From NCBI GenBank assembly GCA_963848295.1, contig CAWKDB010000004.1:224001-288000 (forward strand): 64,000 bases of DNA, read 5' to 3'. This document shows positions 41,801 to 55,086 of this stretch, piece after piece. Position numbers and translations under genes: made by a program. Numbering within the stretch: position 1 is the stretch's first letter; every line of letters starts with the position of its first letter. Origin of the DNA: an uncultured delta proteobacterium. Its GTDB lineage: Bacteria > Myxococcota_A > Polyangia > Haliangiales > Haliangiaceae. Below the pieces are notes generated by a model that was not told where the DNA came from, ran no database searches, and saw nothing but the letters and a program-made list of their open reading frames with translations.

Positions 41801-42880
41801 GTGATCAGTCCTGTGGCGGTCGCTTGTGGCGTTGTTAGTGCGATTGCACTTCCGGCGTGCGGTCGCGTCGACTTCGAGCCGTCCGGCGTCGGCTGGTGGA
41901 ACGACGCATGGCCGTACCGCGAGTCCCTCACGATCGATCATCGGCAGGTCGCAGGCGATGTGACCGATTTTCCCGTTCTGGTCATATTCGATGACGCGTC
42001 ACTCGGCGCACACGCAACGCCTGATGGGCACGATCTCGCATTCGTCGACGATGCTGGCGACGAGCTTCCGTACGAGCGCGAGAGCTACAGCGCGGTGCCG
42101 CCGAGCGCGGTCGTCTGGGTCCAGTTGCCCGCGGTCTCGGCCGAGCTGGACACCACGTTCGACGTCTACTACGGGAACGCCGCCGCGCCCGAGCAGGCGC
42201 AGCCACGAGCGGTCTGGAGCAACGCGTACGTCGGCGTTTACCACTTCGGCGACGGCACAACCCTCGACGTTCACGACTCGACCGGGAACAACGACGGAAC
42301 CGCGAACGGCGCGGTCGCAGCGCCGGACGCGATCGTCGGCGGTGGCCTCGCGCTAACGGGCGGGCCGGTCGTGACCGCGCCGACCGCAGGCGTAGACGGC
42401 GTGCCGAATGGTCTGAACACGGTCACGTTGTGGGTCGACTACGAAGGCCCGATCGGCAAAGCTCCCGTCGGCTTCGTGGTTGGCCCCGAGGTCTACGACG
42501 TTTGGTATGAGGCGCTCGACTGCGTGGGCTTCAACACGCAACAGGGCGACGTGCTCGGAACGACCGACGATCTGACGGGTCGCTGGCTGTACCTCGCGAT
42601 GGTGTTCTCCAACGGTGTGCCGACGGCGACTGCAAATGAGCTCTACGTCGACGGCCAACCCGAGACGCTCGCGGCATGTGGCACCGGTAGCCCCCTGAGC
42701 TACTCGGTTGGTGGGATCGTCGACTGGGGCGGGGATCCCGGCTTCGAGATGACCGGCACGCTCGACGAGGCCCGCATCGCGACCGGAGCGCGGAGCCCGG
42801 CGTGGATTGCGACCGAGTATGCGAATCAGCATGCCCCCGAGGCGTTCGTCGTGGCGGGCGCCGAGGAGGAACGGCCGTAG
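41801..42880 (+). CDS. DUF2341 + LamG lipoprotein
   Basis: ACGRVDF; WW..AWPYR, DFPVLV, DLAFVD, YYGN; GTLDEARI..ARS.AWI.TEY.NQ. Confidence 0.85.
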   Translation: MISPVAVACGVVSAIALPACGRVDFEPSGVGWWNDAWPYRESLTIDHRQVAGDVTDFPVLVIFDDASLGAHATPDGHDLAFVDDAGDELPYERESYSAVPPSAVVWVQLPAVSAELDTTFDVYYGNAAAPEQAQPRAVWSNAYVGVYHFGDGTTLDVHDSTGNNDGTANGAVAAPDAIVGGGLALTGGPVVTAPTAGVDGVPNGLNTVTLWVDYEGPIGKAPVGFVVGPEVYDVWYEALDCVGFNTQQGDVLGTTDDLTGRWLYLAMVFSNGVPTATANELYVDGQPETLAACGTGSPLSYSVGGIVDWGGDPGFEMTGTLDEARIATGARSPAWIATEYANQHAPEAFVVAGAEEERP

Positions 42881-42992
42881 ATCGCGCGCAGACGCGCGCC
42901 TCGGGCGCGGCACCGAAGGTCGCACGAGCTCGCGCCACGCGCTCCCGCGGTAGCCTTCTCGGACTTCGCATGGATGCGCGTACACTCGCACG

Positions 42993-43370
42993 ATGGCTCA
43001 GCCCACCGTCACGATCTTCCACAACCCTGGTTGAAGCACCTCCGTCTACGCCACGGCGGTCGCCGAGGAAGCCGGAGTGTCTTATCGCGCGGTCCAGTAT
43101 GCGAAGAAGGCAGAGCGCCCGGATCGAGCCACGCTCGAAAACCTGGTCGCGATCATCGAGGATCCCGTCGAGGATCTCGTGCGCAAGGACTCGCTGTTCA
43201 AGAAGCTCGGCCTCGATCCGGCCGACTACGTGAGCAAGCCGCGCGCGGTCGTCGACATCCTGGAGAAGTACCCGGCGCTGCTCCAGCGCCCGGTGATCGT
43301 GCGCGGCAAGAAAGCGATCATCGGCCGCCCGCGCGAGCGTGTGCCCGTGTTTCTGAAGTCCAAGCCCTGA
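42993..43370 (+). CDS. arsC: ArsC/Spx family reductase, selenocysteine-containing
   Basis: MAQPTVTIFHNPG-TGA(43032-43034)-STS aligns with ArsC HNPxCSxS; LVRK, YPALLQRPVIV, AIIGRP. Confidence 0.85.
43037..43079 (+). promoter_or_regulatory. Putative bacterial SECIS element
   Basis: CC-a-CGGC-GGTC-GCCG-a-GG upper stem, CTCCG/CGGAG lower stem; loop 23 nt after TGA. Confidence 0.7.
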
Positions 43371-43486
43371 TCTGCAGGGTTCGCCGGCGTCGCTCGAGCT
43401 GCGCATCACGTTTGTCCACGACGCCGCGTTCGAGAGTAGTTTGGGCGCTCTGGAATAGGCCGATCGCGTCGGGCGTAGACGCAGCG

Positions 43487-44623
43487 ATGACCTCGAGCAG
43501 GCGACTCGCCGTTGCGTCCCTGTGCGGGGCGTTGCTCGTCGCGAGCGTCGCCGGCGAGTCCGCGGCTGCCGATCTCTCCGACATCGCGCGCTTCCTTGCT
43601 GGCAAGGGCGTCGCGCCCGACTCGAAGCTCGCCGAGCAGGCTCGAACGCAGTCGTATGTAGAGTACGCCGAGCAGATACGGTCCGGCTGGAAGCAGTTTC
43701 AGCAGCCGAACCTCGAGCGCATGCGGAGCTGGTGGACGGGCCGTGCACCGGCGAGGTACTCGACCGTGTTTTACGCGTTCAGCGGACCCGATATCGGGAA
43801 CGCGCTTGTCCTGTTCCCCGACGCCGACACGTATCTCATGTTCGGCCTCGAGTCCCCGGGCGCCATTCCGGACTTGCAGGACATGGACGAGGACGAGATC
43901 AGCTCGGGCTTGAACGAGCTCGAGGCGTCGCTGAGCACGATGCTCCAGGTGAACTACTTCTTCACCAAGGCCATGGAGAAGCAGCTGGGCAAAGGGCCGT
44001 TCAATAGCATCAGCAGCCTGCTCCTGTTCTTCCTCGGCATGAACGACTGCGAGGTGACGGGGGCGAGGAGGATTGCCATCGGTCCGAGCGGCGCCGTCGT
44101 GCAGGGAATGGCCGCCGACGACTCCGCGAGCGGACGTTCCCGCTCTCGTGTCCCGGGAGTCGAGATGACGTTTCGACGACGTGGCGGCAAGGAGCAGACC
44201 ATCCGCTACTTCATGGTGAACGTCGCGGATGCCGACCTCGCGAAGAGCTCACCCGAGCTCATGCCGTACCTCGAGAGCCAAGGACGTCTCGTGACCATGA
44301 TCAAGTCCGCGTCCTATCTGATGCACAAGGAAGGCATCGAAGAGCCGGCGCACTTCGAGCAGATTCGCTCGCTGATCCTCAGGCAGAGCGACTTCGTCGT
44401 GCAGGACGATTCAGGCGTACCGCTCAGGCTGTTCGCGCGCGACACGTGGACCCTGCGGTTTCACGGCAGGTACGAAGCGCCCACTCCAGAGTTCGCAAAA
44501 TATCTCGAGAAGGACTTGAAGATCGAGATGCAGAGGAACTCCTCGGGGAGGCTTCCATTCACCTACGGCTACGCCTACCAGCAGGGCGAGTCGAACCTCA
44601 TGACCGCGGAGCGAGCTCGGTAA
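43487..44623 (+). CDS. Conserved secreted hypothetical protein
   Basis: Signal peptide; motifs VFYAFSGPD, FGLE, KSASYLMH, QDDSGVP, LPFTYGY. Confidence 0.8.
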   Translation: MTSSRRLAVASLCGALLVASVAGESAAADLSDIARFLAGKGVAPDSKLAEQARTQSYVEYAEQIRSGWKQFQQPNLERMRSWWTGRAPARYSTVFYAFSGPDIGNALVLFPDADTYLMFGLESPGAIPDLQDMDEDEISSGLNELEASLSTMLQVNYFFTKAMEKQLGKGPFNSISSLLLFFLGMNDCEVTGARRIAIGPSGAVVQGMAADDSASGRSRSRVPGVEMTFRRRGGKEQTIRYFMVNVADADLAKSSPELMPYLESQGRLVTMIKSASYLMHKEGIEEPAHFEQIRSLILRQSDFVVQDDSGVPLRLFARDTWTLRFHGRYEAPTPEFAKYLEKDLKIEMQRNSSGRLPFTYGYAYQQGESNLMTAERAR

Positions 44624-44639
44624 TCGAGAAGGAGCAAGC

Positions 44640-45740
44640 ATGGTCAAGACCAGACAGCTACGCGTGGTGGGTTTGCTTCTGTGCTCGGCGGCTTGCGCCG
44701 GCCGGCAGAAGGCCGCCGAGGGCATGATTCCAGTCGCGAAGGCGATCACGATCTATAGCGCCGGTGGGAGCGTGGTCTCGGGAGTCATCGACCCGGCCGC
44801 GCTGGGTGCTCGCAGGCTTCGTCTGCCCGCGTCCGTCGCGGCCATCAGTCTCTCTCAGGCCGACCAGAGCTTGAAGTGGTTCACCGTCCAGGCGATCCCG
44901 GACACCAAGAAGGATGTGACCCACAAGCTCGTCGGGCTCCCTTCGCTGAAACCCGGAGCGCTGAAGTTCAACTACGCGTTGCCCGATATCACGTGGGCCC
45001 TCCAGCTGAAAGCGGAGATCACCGATGCGAAGTCGGTGAGCCTCCAGCTCCTGGCCGCGGTCAACATGAACGCGAGCGATCCATACAAGAACTGCGACGT
45101 CACCCTCGTGCTGAACAACGCGGTGAGCGTGGAGAAGCTCTCAGGGTCCACGTTCAAGCTGAGCTCGTTTGACCTCTATCCCCATCGCAACATCACCTAC
45201 AGCCTCGGCACCAAGGTCGCGGACTATTCGTTCATCCGCGAGTGGAATGCCTACGCGGGCAAGGACGAGGTCCACGTCCTGCTACAGGTGAAGAACCCGT
45301 TCTCGGTCGATCTGAACCAGACCAGCAGCTCCGTCGAGGCCAACCAGATCATCGTCGAATCGGGCACGATCAGCGACGAGACCGGGCCCGGAGCGGTGAT
45401 CTCGCTGCCGGCAGGGATCGATGACACGATCTCCACCTTCCGCTCGGTCAAGATCACCGAAGCGACAGACAAGCGACTCCTGCCGTTCAATCACCGAATC
45501 TCGTACGACATCGTCAATCGATCCGATCAACCGAAGACGCTCCGGCTCGTGACCTCACGGGTGATGGGCAACGAGCACCGCTCGGTCTATCACTTCACTC
45601 AGCCGCCCGACGCCACCCCGGACAATACGCTCGTCTGGATCCTCAAGCTCGAGCCGGGGAGCACCCGTACTCTCGAGTACGACTTCGACGCCGACATCAA
45701 GGACGTCGACGGCGAGAACGGATTCGAGCAGGGAGGGTAG
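44640..45740 (+). CDS. Hypothetical lipoprotein (weak DUF4139-like)
   Basis: RBS AAGGAG; lipobox SAAC; C-terminal LVWILKLEPGSTRTLEY. Confidence 0.7.
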   Translation: MVKTRQLRVVGLLLCSAACAGRQKAAEGMIPVAKAITIYSAGGSVVSGVIDPAALGARRLRLPASVAAISLSQADQSLKWFTVQAIPDTKKDVTHKLVGLPSLKPGALKFNYALPDITWALQLKAEITDAKSVSLQLLAAVNMNASDPYKNCDVTLVLNNAVSVEKLSGSTFKLSSFDLYPHRNITYSLGTKVADYSFIREWNAYAGKDEVHVLLQVKNPFSVDLNQTSSSVEANQIIVESGTISDETGPGAVISLPAGIDDTISTFRSVKITEATDKRLLPFNHRISYDIVNRSDQPKTLRLVTSRVMGNEHRSVYHFTQPPDATPDNTLVWILKLEPGSTRTLEYDFDADIKDVDGENGFEQGG

Positions 45741-45788
45741 TGCGCCCTCCACGAAATGGCGGCGGCGGGAGTCGAAGACGCTCGCGCG

Positions 45789-47027
45789 TCATCTCGGCAT
45801 GACCCGCTGGCGCTGTAGCTCGATCAGCGTCCCGCTGCGCGAGTCGGTCACTCGCACCTGCGTCGTATCGACCACGACCAGGCCGGTCAGACACGCGGTG
45901 GACGCCGCGCAGGTGTCGCTCGTCGTGTAGATCGTACGAGCTTCGTTCGCGGTCCCGTCGACGGTGCCTCTGCCGTCGGCGAGCACCATCCGCACGGTGG
46001 TCCTCGACGTCACGAACAGGTTGCCGATCTCGTCGCACCCCAGGCCCGCCGGCGAGTCCACGGGAAGCATGTTCGCCGGCGCGCCATCGCCAGACGATGT
46101 CGTGGTCCCGTTGCCGAAAACCGTCGTGATGGACCCGGCTGTGGTCACACGGCGGACACGATCGTTGCCCGTATCGGCGACGAACAGGTCGCCATTGCCG
46201 CACCAGGCGACCGCGTGCGGCTGATAGAGCTCCGCGCTCGTGGCCGGGCAGTCGCTCCCCTCAGGGGGGCAGTCTCCGAAGAACCCGAGCATCTGAGGGG
46301 TTCCGGCAACCGTGGTCACGGTGGTGCCGGCGATCTCGCGGATGACGTGGTTGCCGGTGTCTGCGATGTACACGTTGCCGAGTCCGTCGACCGCGAGGCC
46401 GGTCGGAGCGACGAACCGGAACGATGCGCTTGTCGCCGGACCGTCGTCGCCGCCGAAACCGAAGTCCCCGGTCCCCGCGATCGTGGTGATGACGCCGCTG
46501 GTCGCATCGACCCGGCGGATCCGACCGTTGCCGGTGTCGCCGATGTACAGGTTGCCGGCGCCGTCCAGCGCCACGCCCGATGGGAGATCGAGTTGGGCGT
46601 TCGCGGCGGAACCACCATCGCCAGAGAACCCCGCGGTCCCGGTGCCGGCGACCGCGGTGACCGCGCCGGTCGATGCGTCGACCCGGTCGACGATCTGGCC
46701 GCCGGTGTTCGCGAAGTACACGTTGCCGTTCGCGTCGGCCGCCACGCCCGTCGCGCTCGGTGCCGGCGAGGCGGTGACCGCGGTCGCCGTCGCCTGCCAG
46801 TTGGTCTGCTCGCACGCGCCGCGTTGACACACGCCGAATGGCACGGCAATGCAGTTCGTGCCCTCGGCGTGACTTGCACATCCATTCACCAGCGCTGGAT
46901 CGATGCAGCCGCCGCCTTGCGGCTCGCACACCGTCGACGTCGGACACGTCGTCCCGTCGGCGCAGGTCGTCGTCGTCGGCGTGAAGCACCCGGCGAGCGC
47001 GGCGAGCGAGAGCGCGGCACGCTTCAT
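45789..47027 (-). CDS. NHL-repeat lipoprotein (short paralog)
   Basis: LAGC lipobox; AGTG..G.SGDGG.A, GNLYIGDTGNGRIRRVD repeats. Confidence 0.9.
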   Translation of the reverse strand: MKRAALSLAALAGCFTPTTTTCADGTTCPTSTVCEPQGGGCIDPALVNGCASHAEGTNCIAVPFGVCQRGACEQTNWQATATAVTASPAPSATGVAADANGNVYFANTGGQIVDRVDASTGAVTAVAGTGTAGFSGDGGSAANAQLDLPSGVALDGAGNLYIGDTGNGRIRRVDATSGVITTIAGTGDFGFGGDDGPATSASFRFVAPTGLAVDGLGNVYIADTGNHVIREIAGTTVTTVAGTPQMLGFFGDCPPEGSDCPATSAELYQPHAVAWCGNGDLFVADTGNDRVRRVTTAGSITTVFGNGTTTSSGDGAPANMLPVDSPAGLGCDEIGNLFVTSRTTVRMVLADGRGTVDGTANEARTIYTTSDTCAASTACLTGLVVVDTTQVRVTDSRSGTLIELQRQRVMPR

Positions 47028-50000
47028 GGGGCGGGGAGGCGCTCCAGCTCGATCAGCATGCCCGTGCAGGAATCGGTGATGCGCACGTGCGTGGAATCGA
47101 CGATGGCCACTGCCGTGAGACACCCCGTCGTCGAGGCCGGGAAGGTCGTACGAGGCGGCGCACCGTAGATCGTGCGTACCGGCCCGGTGCCGTCGACCAC
47201 GCCCGCGTCGTCGGCGAGCAGCATCCGCACGGCGTTCGTCGACGTCACGAACACGTTGCCGACATCGTCGCAGGCCAGGCCGAGCGGAAAGTCGACAGGT
47301 AACTCGCTCGCTGGCGCGCCCTCGCCCGATGACGCGGCGGCGCCGTTACCGAGCACCGTCGTGATCGTGCCGTCGGCGGCGATCCGACGCACGCGCTGGT
47401 TGCCGGTGTCGGCGACGAAGATGTCTCCGTTGCGGCACCCGGTGAGCGCCCGCGGCTGATCGAACAGCGCCCCCGACGCCGGGAGGCCGTCGCCGGAGAA
47501 GCCGGCCGTCTGGGGCGTGCCGGCGAACGTCGACACGGTCGCGCCGGTCGCGTCGATGGCGCGGATGACATGGTTGCCGGTATCGGCCACGTAGACGATG
47601 CCGGATGCAGGATCGCGGTAGAGACCGGTCGGGTCGGACAGCTCGGCGGTCGCGCTCGGTCCGTCGCGCCAGCCGGCGACGCCCGACGCGAGGTCCGCGA
47701 TCGTCCAGGTCTCCGGGGTCGCGGGATCGGTCACGGTCACGACGTGCACCAGCTCGTGGCCGGCTTCGGTCGGGTTGGACTCGGTCAGATAGATCGATGT
47801 GACGCCATCGAAGGCAACGCCGGCCACGTTGCCGAAGTTCTGATCGCGGAACCTCGCGAGGTTACTCGTCGCGGTTCCGACCGCGTTCGGATAGCGACCC
47901 GTGACGACATCGAGCGAGGTCGCGTCGACCGCTTCGACAGTCCCGCTCGTGCCGCCGGCGACGAGCTCGAATGGCGCGGCGGTCACCAGCGCTCTGGGAT
48001 CGGCGAGCCGAGCCTGGGCCAATGGCCCGGTGCCCGCCGGATCCACCGGCCCCGCAACGGTCGTGATGAGGCCGGCGGTGTCGATGCGGCGGACATGGCC
48101 GCCGGGGCTGCTGGAGGCGTCGGTGACATAGATCTGCCCGAGTGTGTCGACCGCGACCCCCAGAGGGGCGAGCAGGGCGGCTGTAGCGGGGCCGCCGTCG
48201 CCGTCGCCGTTGATTCCGACGTCACCGGTGCCCGCGACCGTGGTGATGACGCCAGCCGTATCCACCCGCCGGATGCGGTTGTTCTGCGAGTCGGCGATGT
48301 AGAGGTTGCCGAGCCCATCGATGGCGACCCCCGTAGGCGTGTACAGCTCCGCGGTCGTCGCCGCGATGCCGTCGCCGTTGTACCCGGAGGTTCCCGTGCC
48401 TGCGATCGTCGTGATGATACCCATCGTGTCCACGCGCCGAACGCAGTAGTTGTACGTGTCGGCGATGTAGACGTTGCCGAGCCCATCGACCGCGACGCCA
48501 CGGGGATAGTGCAGCTGCGCGGCGGTGGCCGCGCCTCCGTCGCCGCTGTAGCCGAGCGTCCCGACGCCCGCGACGGTCGTGATGACGCCGGTCGTGTCCA
48601 CGCGCCGGACCCGGTTGTTGAAGGTATCGGCGATGTAGAGATTGCCGGCCGCGTCGACCGCGACGCCGTAGGGGAGAGACAGGTTTGCTGCGGTCGCGGC
48701 GCCGCCGTCGCCGCTGTACCCAAGGGTCCCGGTGCCCGCGACGGTCGTGATCGTGCCGTCGGGATCGACGCGCCTGATGCGGTTCTTGGACTCGTCGGCG
48801 ATGTAGATGTTGCCGAGTCCGTCGATCGCCACGCTCTCGGGGGCGCTGAGCTCGGCGGCGGTCGCGGCGCCGCCGTCGCCGCTGTACCCGAAGGTCCCGG
48901 TGCCGGCGACCGTGGTGATGACGCCGGAGCTGTCGATGTGTCGGATCCGGCTGTTGTTGGTGTCGGCGATGTAGACCTCGCCGAGGGCGTCGATCGCGAC
49001 GTCGTTCGGGTCGCCGAGCTGGGCGTCGGTCGCGGCGCCGCCGTCGCCGATCGTCGACCCGCCCCCAGCGATCGTCGTGACATCTCCGGCGGAGTCGACA
49101 TACAGAATGACGTCGTGGTCGGTGTCGGCGATATAGGTCCCGAGCGCGTTGACCGCCACACCGTGCGGCGAGCTCAACGTCGCGGACGGTGTGAACGGCT
49201 CGACGTTGCCTGCCATGTCCAGGTCCAGGATGCGGCCGTTGCCCGAGTCGGCGATATAGACGTCAGCCCCGTAGGTGGTGACGCCGAACGGTTGGTCGAG
49301 CCCGCTGGTCGGGGCGAACGTCGTGATCACGCCGCTGGTGTCTACGCGACGGACGCTGTTGTTGCCGGTGTCGGCGATATAGACCTCGCCGTTCGCGTCG
49401 ACCGCGACCCCGTACGGTGAGGACAACTGCGCGCTGGTCGCGGCGCCGCCGTCCCCCGCGGACCCGAGAATCCCGGAGCCCGCGATCGTCGTGATGATGC
49501 CGGCGCTGTCCACGCGCCGGATGACATTGTTGCTGGTGTCGGCGATGTAGAGATCGCCGAGGCCGTCGACCACGACATCAGCGGGGTAGTACAGCTGCGC
49601 GCTCGTCGCCGGGCCGCCGTCTCCGGAATCGCCGTGGTTCCGGGGGAGGCCGCTGCCCGCGACCGTCGCGATGATCCCCTCGGTGTCGATGCGCCGGATC
49701 CGGTTGTTCCCTCGGTCAGCGATGTAGACTTGGCCGAGCCCGTCGACCGCGACACCTTGCGGCGTATCCAACTCCGCCTCGGTCGCGGCGCCGCCGTCGC
49801 CAGCGTATCCCTCCGTTCCGGTGCCCGCGATCGTCGTGAGGAACCCCGCGGTGTCGAGGCGCAGGATCCGATGGTCAGACGTGTCGGCGATGTAGAGGTT
49901 GCCGGCCTGATCGACCGCCACGCGAAACGGACTCGAGAGCTGGGCGGTCGTCGCGTTGGCTTGCCCGCCGATCACCACCGTCGCTTGCCACGTGGTCTGC

Positions 50001-50220
50001 CCGCACACACCTTGCTGGCACACTCCGAACGGGAGCGCCGAGCAGTTCGCGCCTTCGGCTTCGCCGGTGCACGCGGTCACGAGAGTCGGATCGACACAGC
50101 CGCCGCCAGCCGGCGCGCATATCGTCGACTCGGGGCAGGTCGTGCCGTCGGTGCACGTCGTCGTCTGCGGCGTGAAGCAAGCCGCGAATACCGCGAGCAC
50201 ACCGAATGCGATCGCGCGAG

Positions 50221-50224
<4 letters not shown>
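47024..50224 (-). CDS. Large NHL-repeat lipoprotein
   Basis: FAAC lipobox; many GVAVD..GN.YIADT.N.RIRRVD repeats. Confidence 0.92.
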
Positions 50225-53103
<2,879 letters not shown>

Positions 53104-53134
53104 CACCGTGATCGTATCAGTTACCATCACCTCG

Positions 53135-54097
53135 GTGAAGAGCCTCGTGGTCCTCCTGGTAACCGTGTGGGGCGCGGTTGCTCACGCCGAGCCGAAGCCG
53201 TGGGCGCTCGGGGTCTCGGACGCCGAGCAGGCGACCGCGCTCGCGATCTACAACGACGCCAACGCCGAGTTCGAGGAGGCGCGATACGCGCAGGCACTCG
53301 CGAAGTACCACGACGCGATCAAGCATTGGGAGCACCCGGCGATCCGCTTCAACATGGTGGTGTGCCTGATCAACCTCGACCAGCCCCTCGAGGCCTTCGA
53401 CGATCTCGAGCTCGCGCTCAAGTACGGTGCCGCGCCGTTCAGCGCCGACGTGTTCGCGCAGGCGCTGACCTACCAGAAGCTGCTGCTCGGCCAGCTCGCG
53501 AGGCTCGAGGTCACGAGCGCCGAGCCGGGCGCTACGGTGATCCTCGACGGCGCGAAGCTGTTCGTGGCACCCGGAAGCGTGACGAAGCTGGTGAGGCCCG
53601 GAGATCACCAGATCGTCGCGACGAAGCCCGGATTCCTCACCGCCACGACTCCGCTCGTGCTCGTCGGCGGCAAAGGGACCGTGGTCGACGTGAGGCTCGT
53701 GAAGATCGAGCCGACGCACATCGTGCGGCGATGGTCGCCGTGGAAGCCGTGGGTCATCGTCGGTGTGGGGGTGGCGCTCGCGGCGGCCGGGGGCTATCTC
53801 GAGTGGCGCGCATACGAGGACAACTCGAACTACGACTCGCGGTTCAAGGCGGACTGCCCGACCGGTTGCGGCGGCCCCGTGCAGCCGCCGATTTCAACGT
53901 CGCTGGTCTCGCTGCGCGACCGGGCGCGCAACGCGAACATCTCCGGGATCACGCTGCTGATCGCGGGAGGCGCGGCGCTCGTGACGGGCTCGTACGGTGT
54001 CTACGTGAACCAACCCCGCGCGGCCGGACTCGAGAAGAACATCACGGTGACTCCGTCACTCGGCGGTGTTTCGTTGACCTTCGCTGGCTCGTTCTGA
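53135..54097 (+). CDS. TPR + PEGA domain secreted protein
   Basis: Signal peptide ending AHA; TPR; EPGATVILDG..PG.H.IVATKPGF; C-terminal aromatic residue. Confidence 0.85.
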   Translation: MKSLVVLLVTVWGAVAHAEPKPWALGVSDAEQATALAIYNDANAEFEEARYAQALAKYHDAIKHWEHPAIRFNMVVCLINLDQPLEAFDDLELALKYGAAPFSADVFAQALTYQKLLLGQLARLEVTSAEPGATVILDGAKLFVAPGSVTKLVRPGDHQIVATKPGFLTATTPLVLVGGKGTVVDVRLVKIEPTHIVRRWSPWKPWVIVGVGVALAAAGGYLEWRAYEDNSNYDSRFKADCPTGCGGPVQPPISTSLVSLRDRARNANISGITLLIAGGAALVTGSYGVYVNQPRAAGLEKNITVTPSLGGVSLTFAGSF

Positions 54098-54343
54098 CAC
54101 GAGTCGCCAACCCATTCATCACCGGCATCACGACGGCGCAGCTCGCGACGCGACGCGCGCGCCGAGAGATGACCGGCGACCGAGCTCGACCCGCGGTCGC
54201 CCCGAGCGCGCATTGCCTGGGCGTAATGCTCCGGCAAGGCTGTCGCATGACCGGCGCTCTACGCTCTTCCGAGTCGGTCGTCGAGACGGCGGTGACCACC
54301 GACCGTTGCCGTTCCACCGCGTCGTTCAAGAAGCAGGAGATCC

Positions 54344-54940
54344 ATGAAGCGCATACTCGTCACCATGTTGCTCGTCGGGGGTGCCGCCGCGGGCTGCATC
54401 AAAGACAACCACCCCGCCGTCGCGAACCCGCCCGAAGCGCACAGCGTTACCGGGGCCTCCCGGCCGGGCGAGCCGACGCAGGTCGTCGCCACGATCGACG
54501 GCCATGCGGTCACGGTCAAGGACGTCGATGCGATCATCGCGGCCCAGCTTGGCCAGCTCCAGCAGCAGTTTCAGGCGGAGCAGTTCGCCCTACGGAAGCA
54601 GGGCCTCGACGCGGTGCTGTTCATGCGGCTCGCCGACACCGAGGCCAAGAAGGACGGCACGACCGAACAAGCCTGGGTCAAGCAGCGCGTCGAGGCGTCG
54701 GCGCCCGCGGCCACGGAGGCCGATGCGAAGACGTTCTACGACCAGAACTCCGCGCGCATGGGTAGCCGCACGTTCGACCAGGAGAAGTCCCGGATCATGG
54801 CGTTCCTGACCAACCAGAAGCGCGAAGTCGAGGTGGAGAAGCTGTTCGCTGATCTGAAGAGCAAGGCGAAGATCGAGATCACGCTCAAGCAGCCCGCCAA
54901 CGTCGTGGCCGATTCGCACGAAGTGCCACCCAAAAAATAA
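54344..54940 (+). CDS. Lipoprotein with SurA-N-like helical domain (DsbA N-region without thioredoxin domain)
   Basis: RBS AGGAG; AAGC; VVATIDG..VT..DVD, FYDQN, LKSKAKIEI. Confidence 0.65.
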   Translation: MKRILVTMLLVGGAAAGCIKDNHPAVANPPEAHSVTGASRPGEPTQVVATIDGHAVTVKDVDAIIAAQLGQLQQQFQAEQFALRKQGLDAVLFMRLADTEAKKDGTTEQAWVKQRVEASAPAATEADAKTFYDQNSARMGSRTFDQEKSRIMAFLTNQKREVEVEKLFADLKSKAKIEITLKQPANVVADSHEVPPKK

Positions 54941-55086
54941 ACAAACCTCCGCTACCGCGGTGACCCCCGCGACCGGAGCGAGCTCACCGTGGTCGGGCAT
55001 CGCGATCGAAACCCGTCGCGATCGCACAGGTTCGAGCTCGAGAACGCCAGCTGCCTGCGGGCGCGCGGTTGTGGCTCGACGCGCAG

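Noticed and set aside
9830..43034. Genome-wide UGA reassignment (Trp/Gly) as explanation of the internal TGAs
   Set aside because: TGA is the normal stop of many genes here (19542, 41704, 43370, 54097), Trp uses TGG, and the ArsC TGA aligns to Cys.
42974..43486. N-terminal extension of the 549-aa ORF over arsC
   Set aside because: Off-frame shadow; the real signal peptide begins at ATG 43487.
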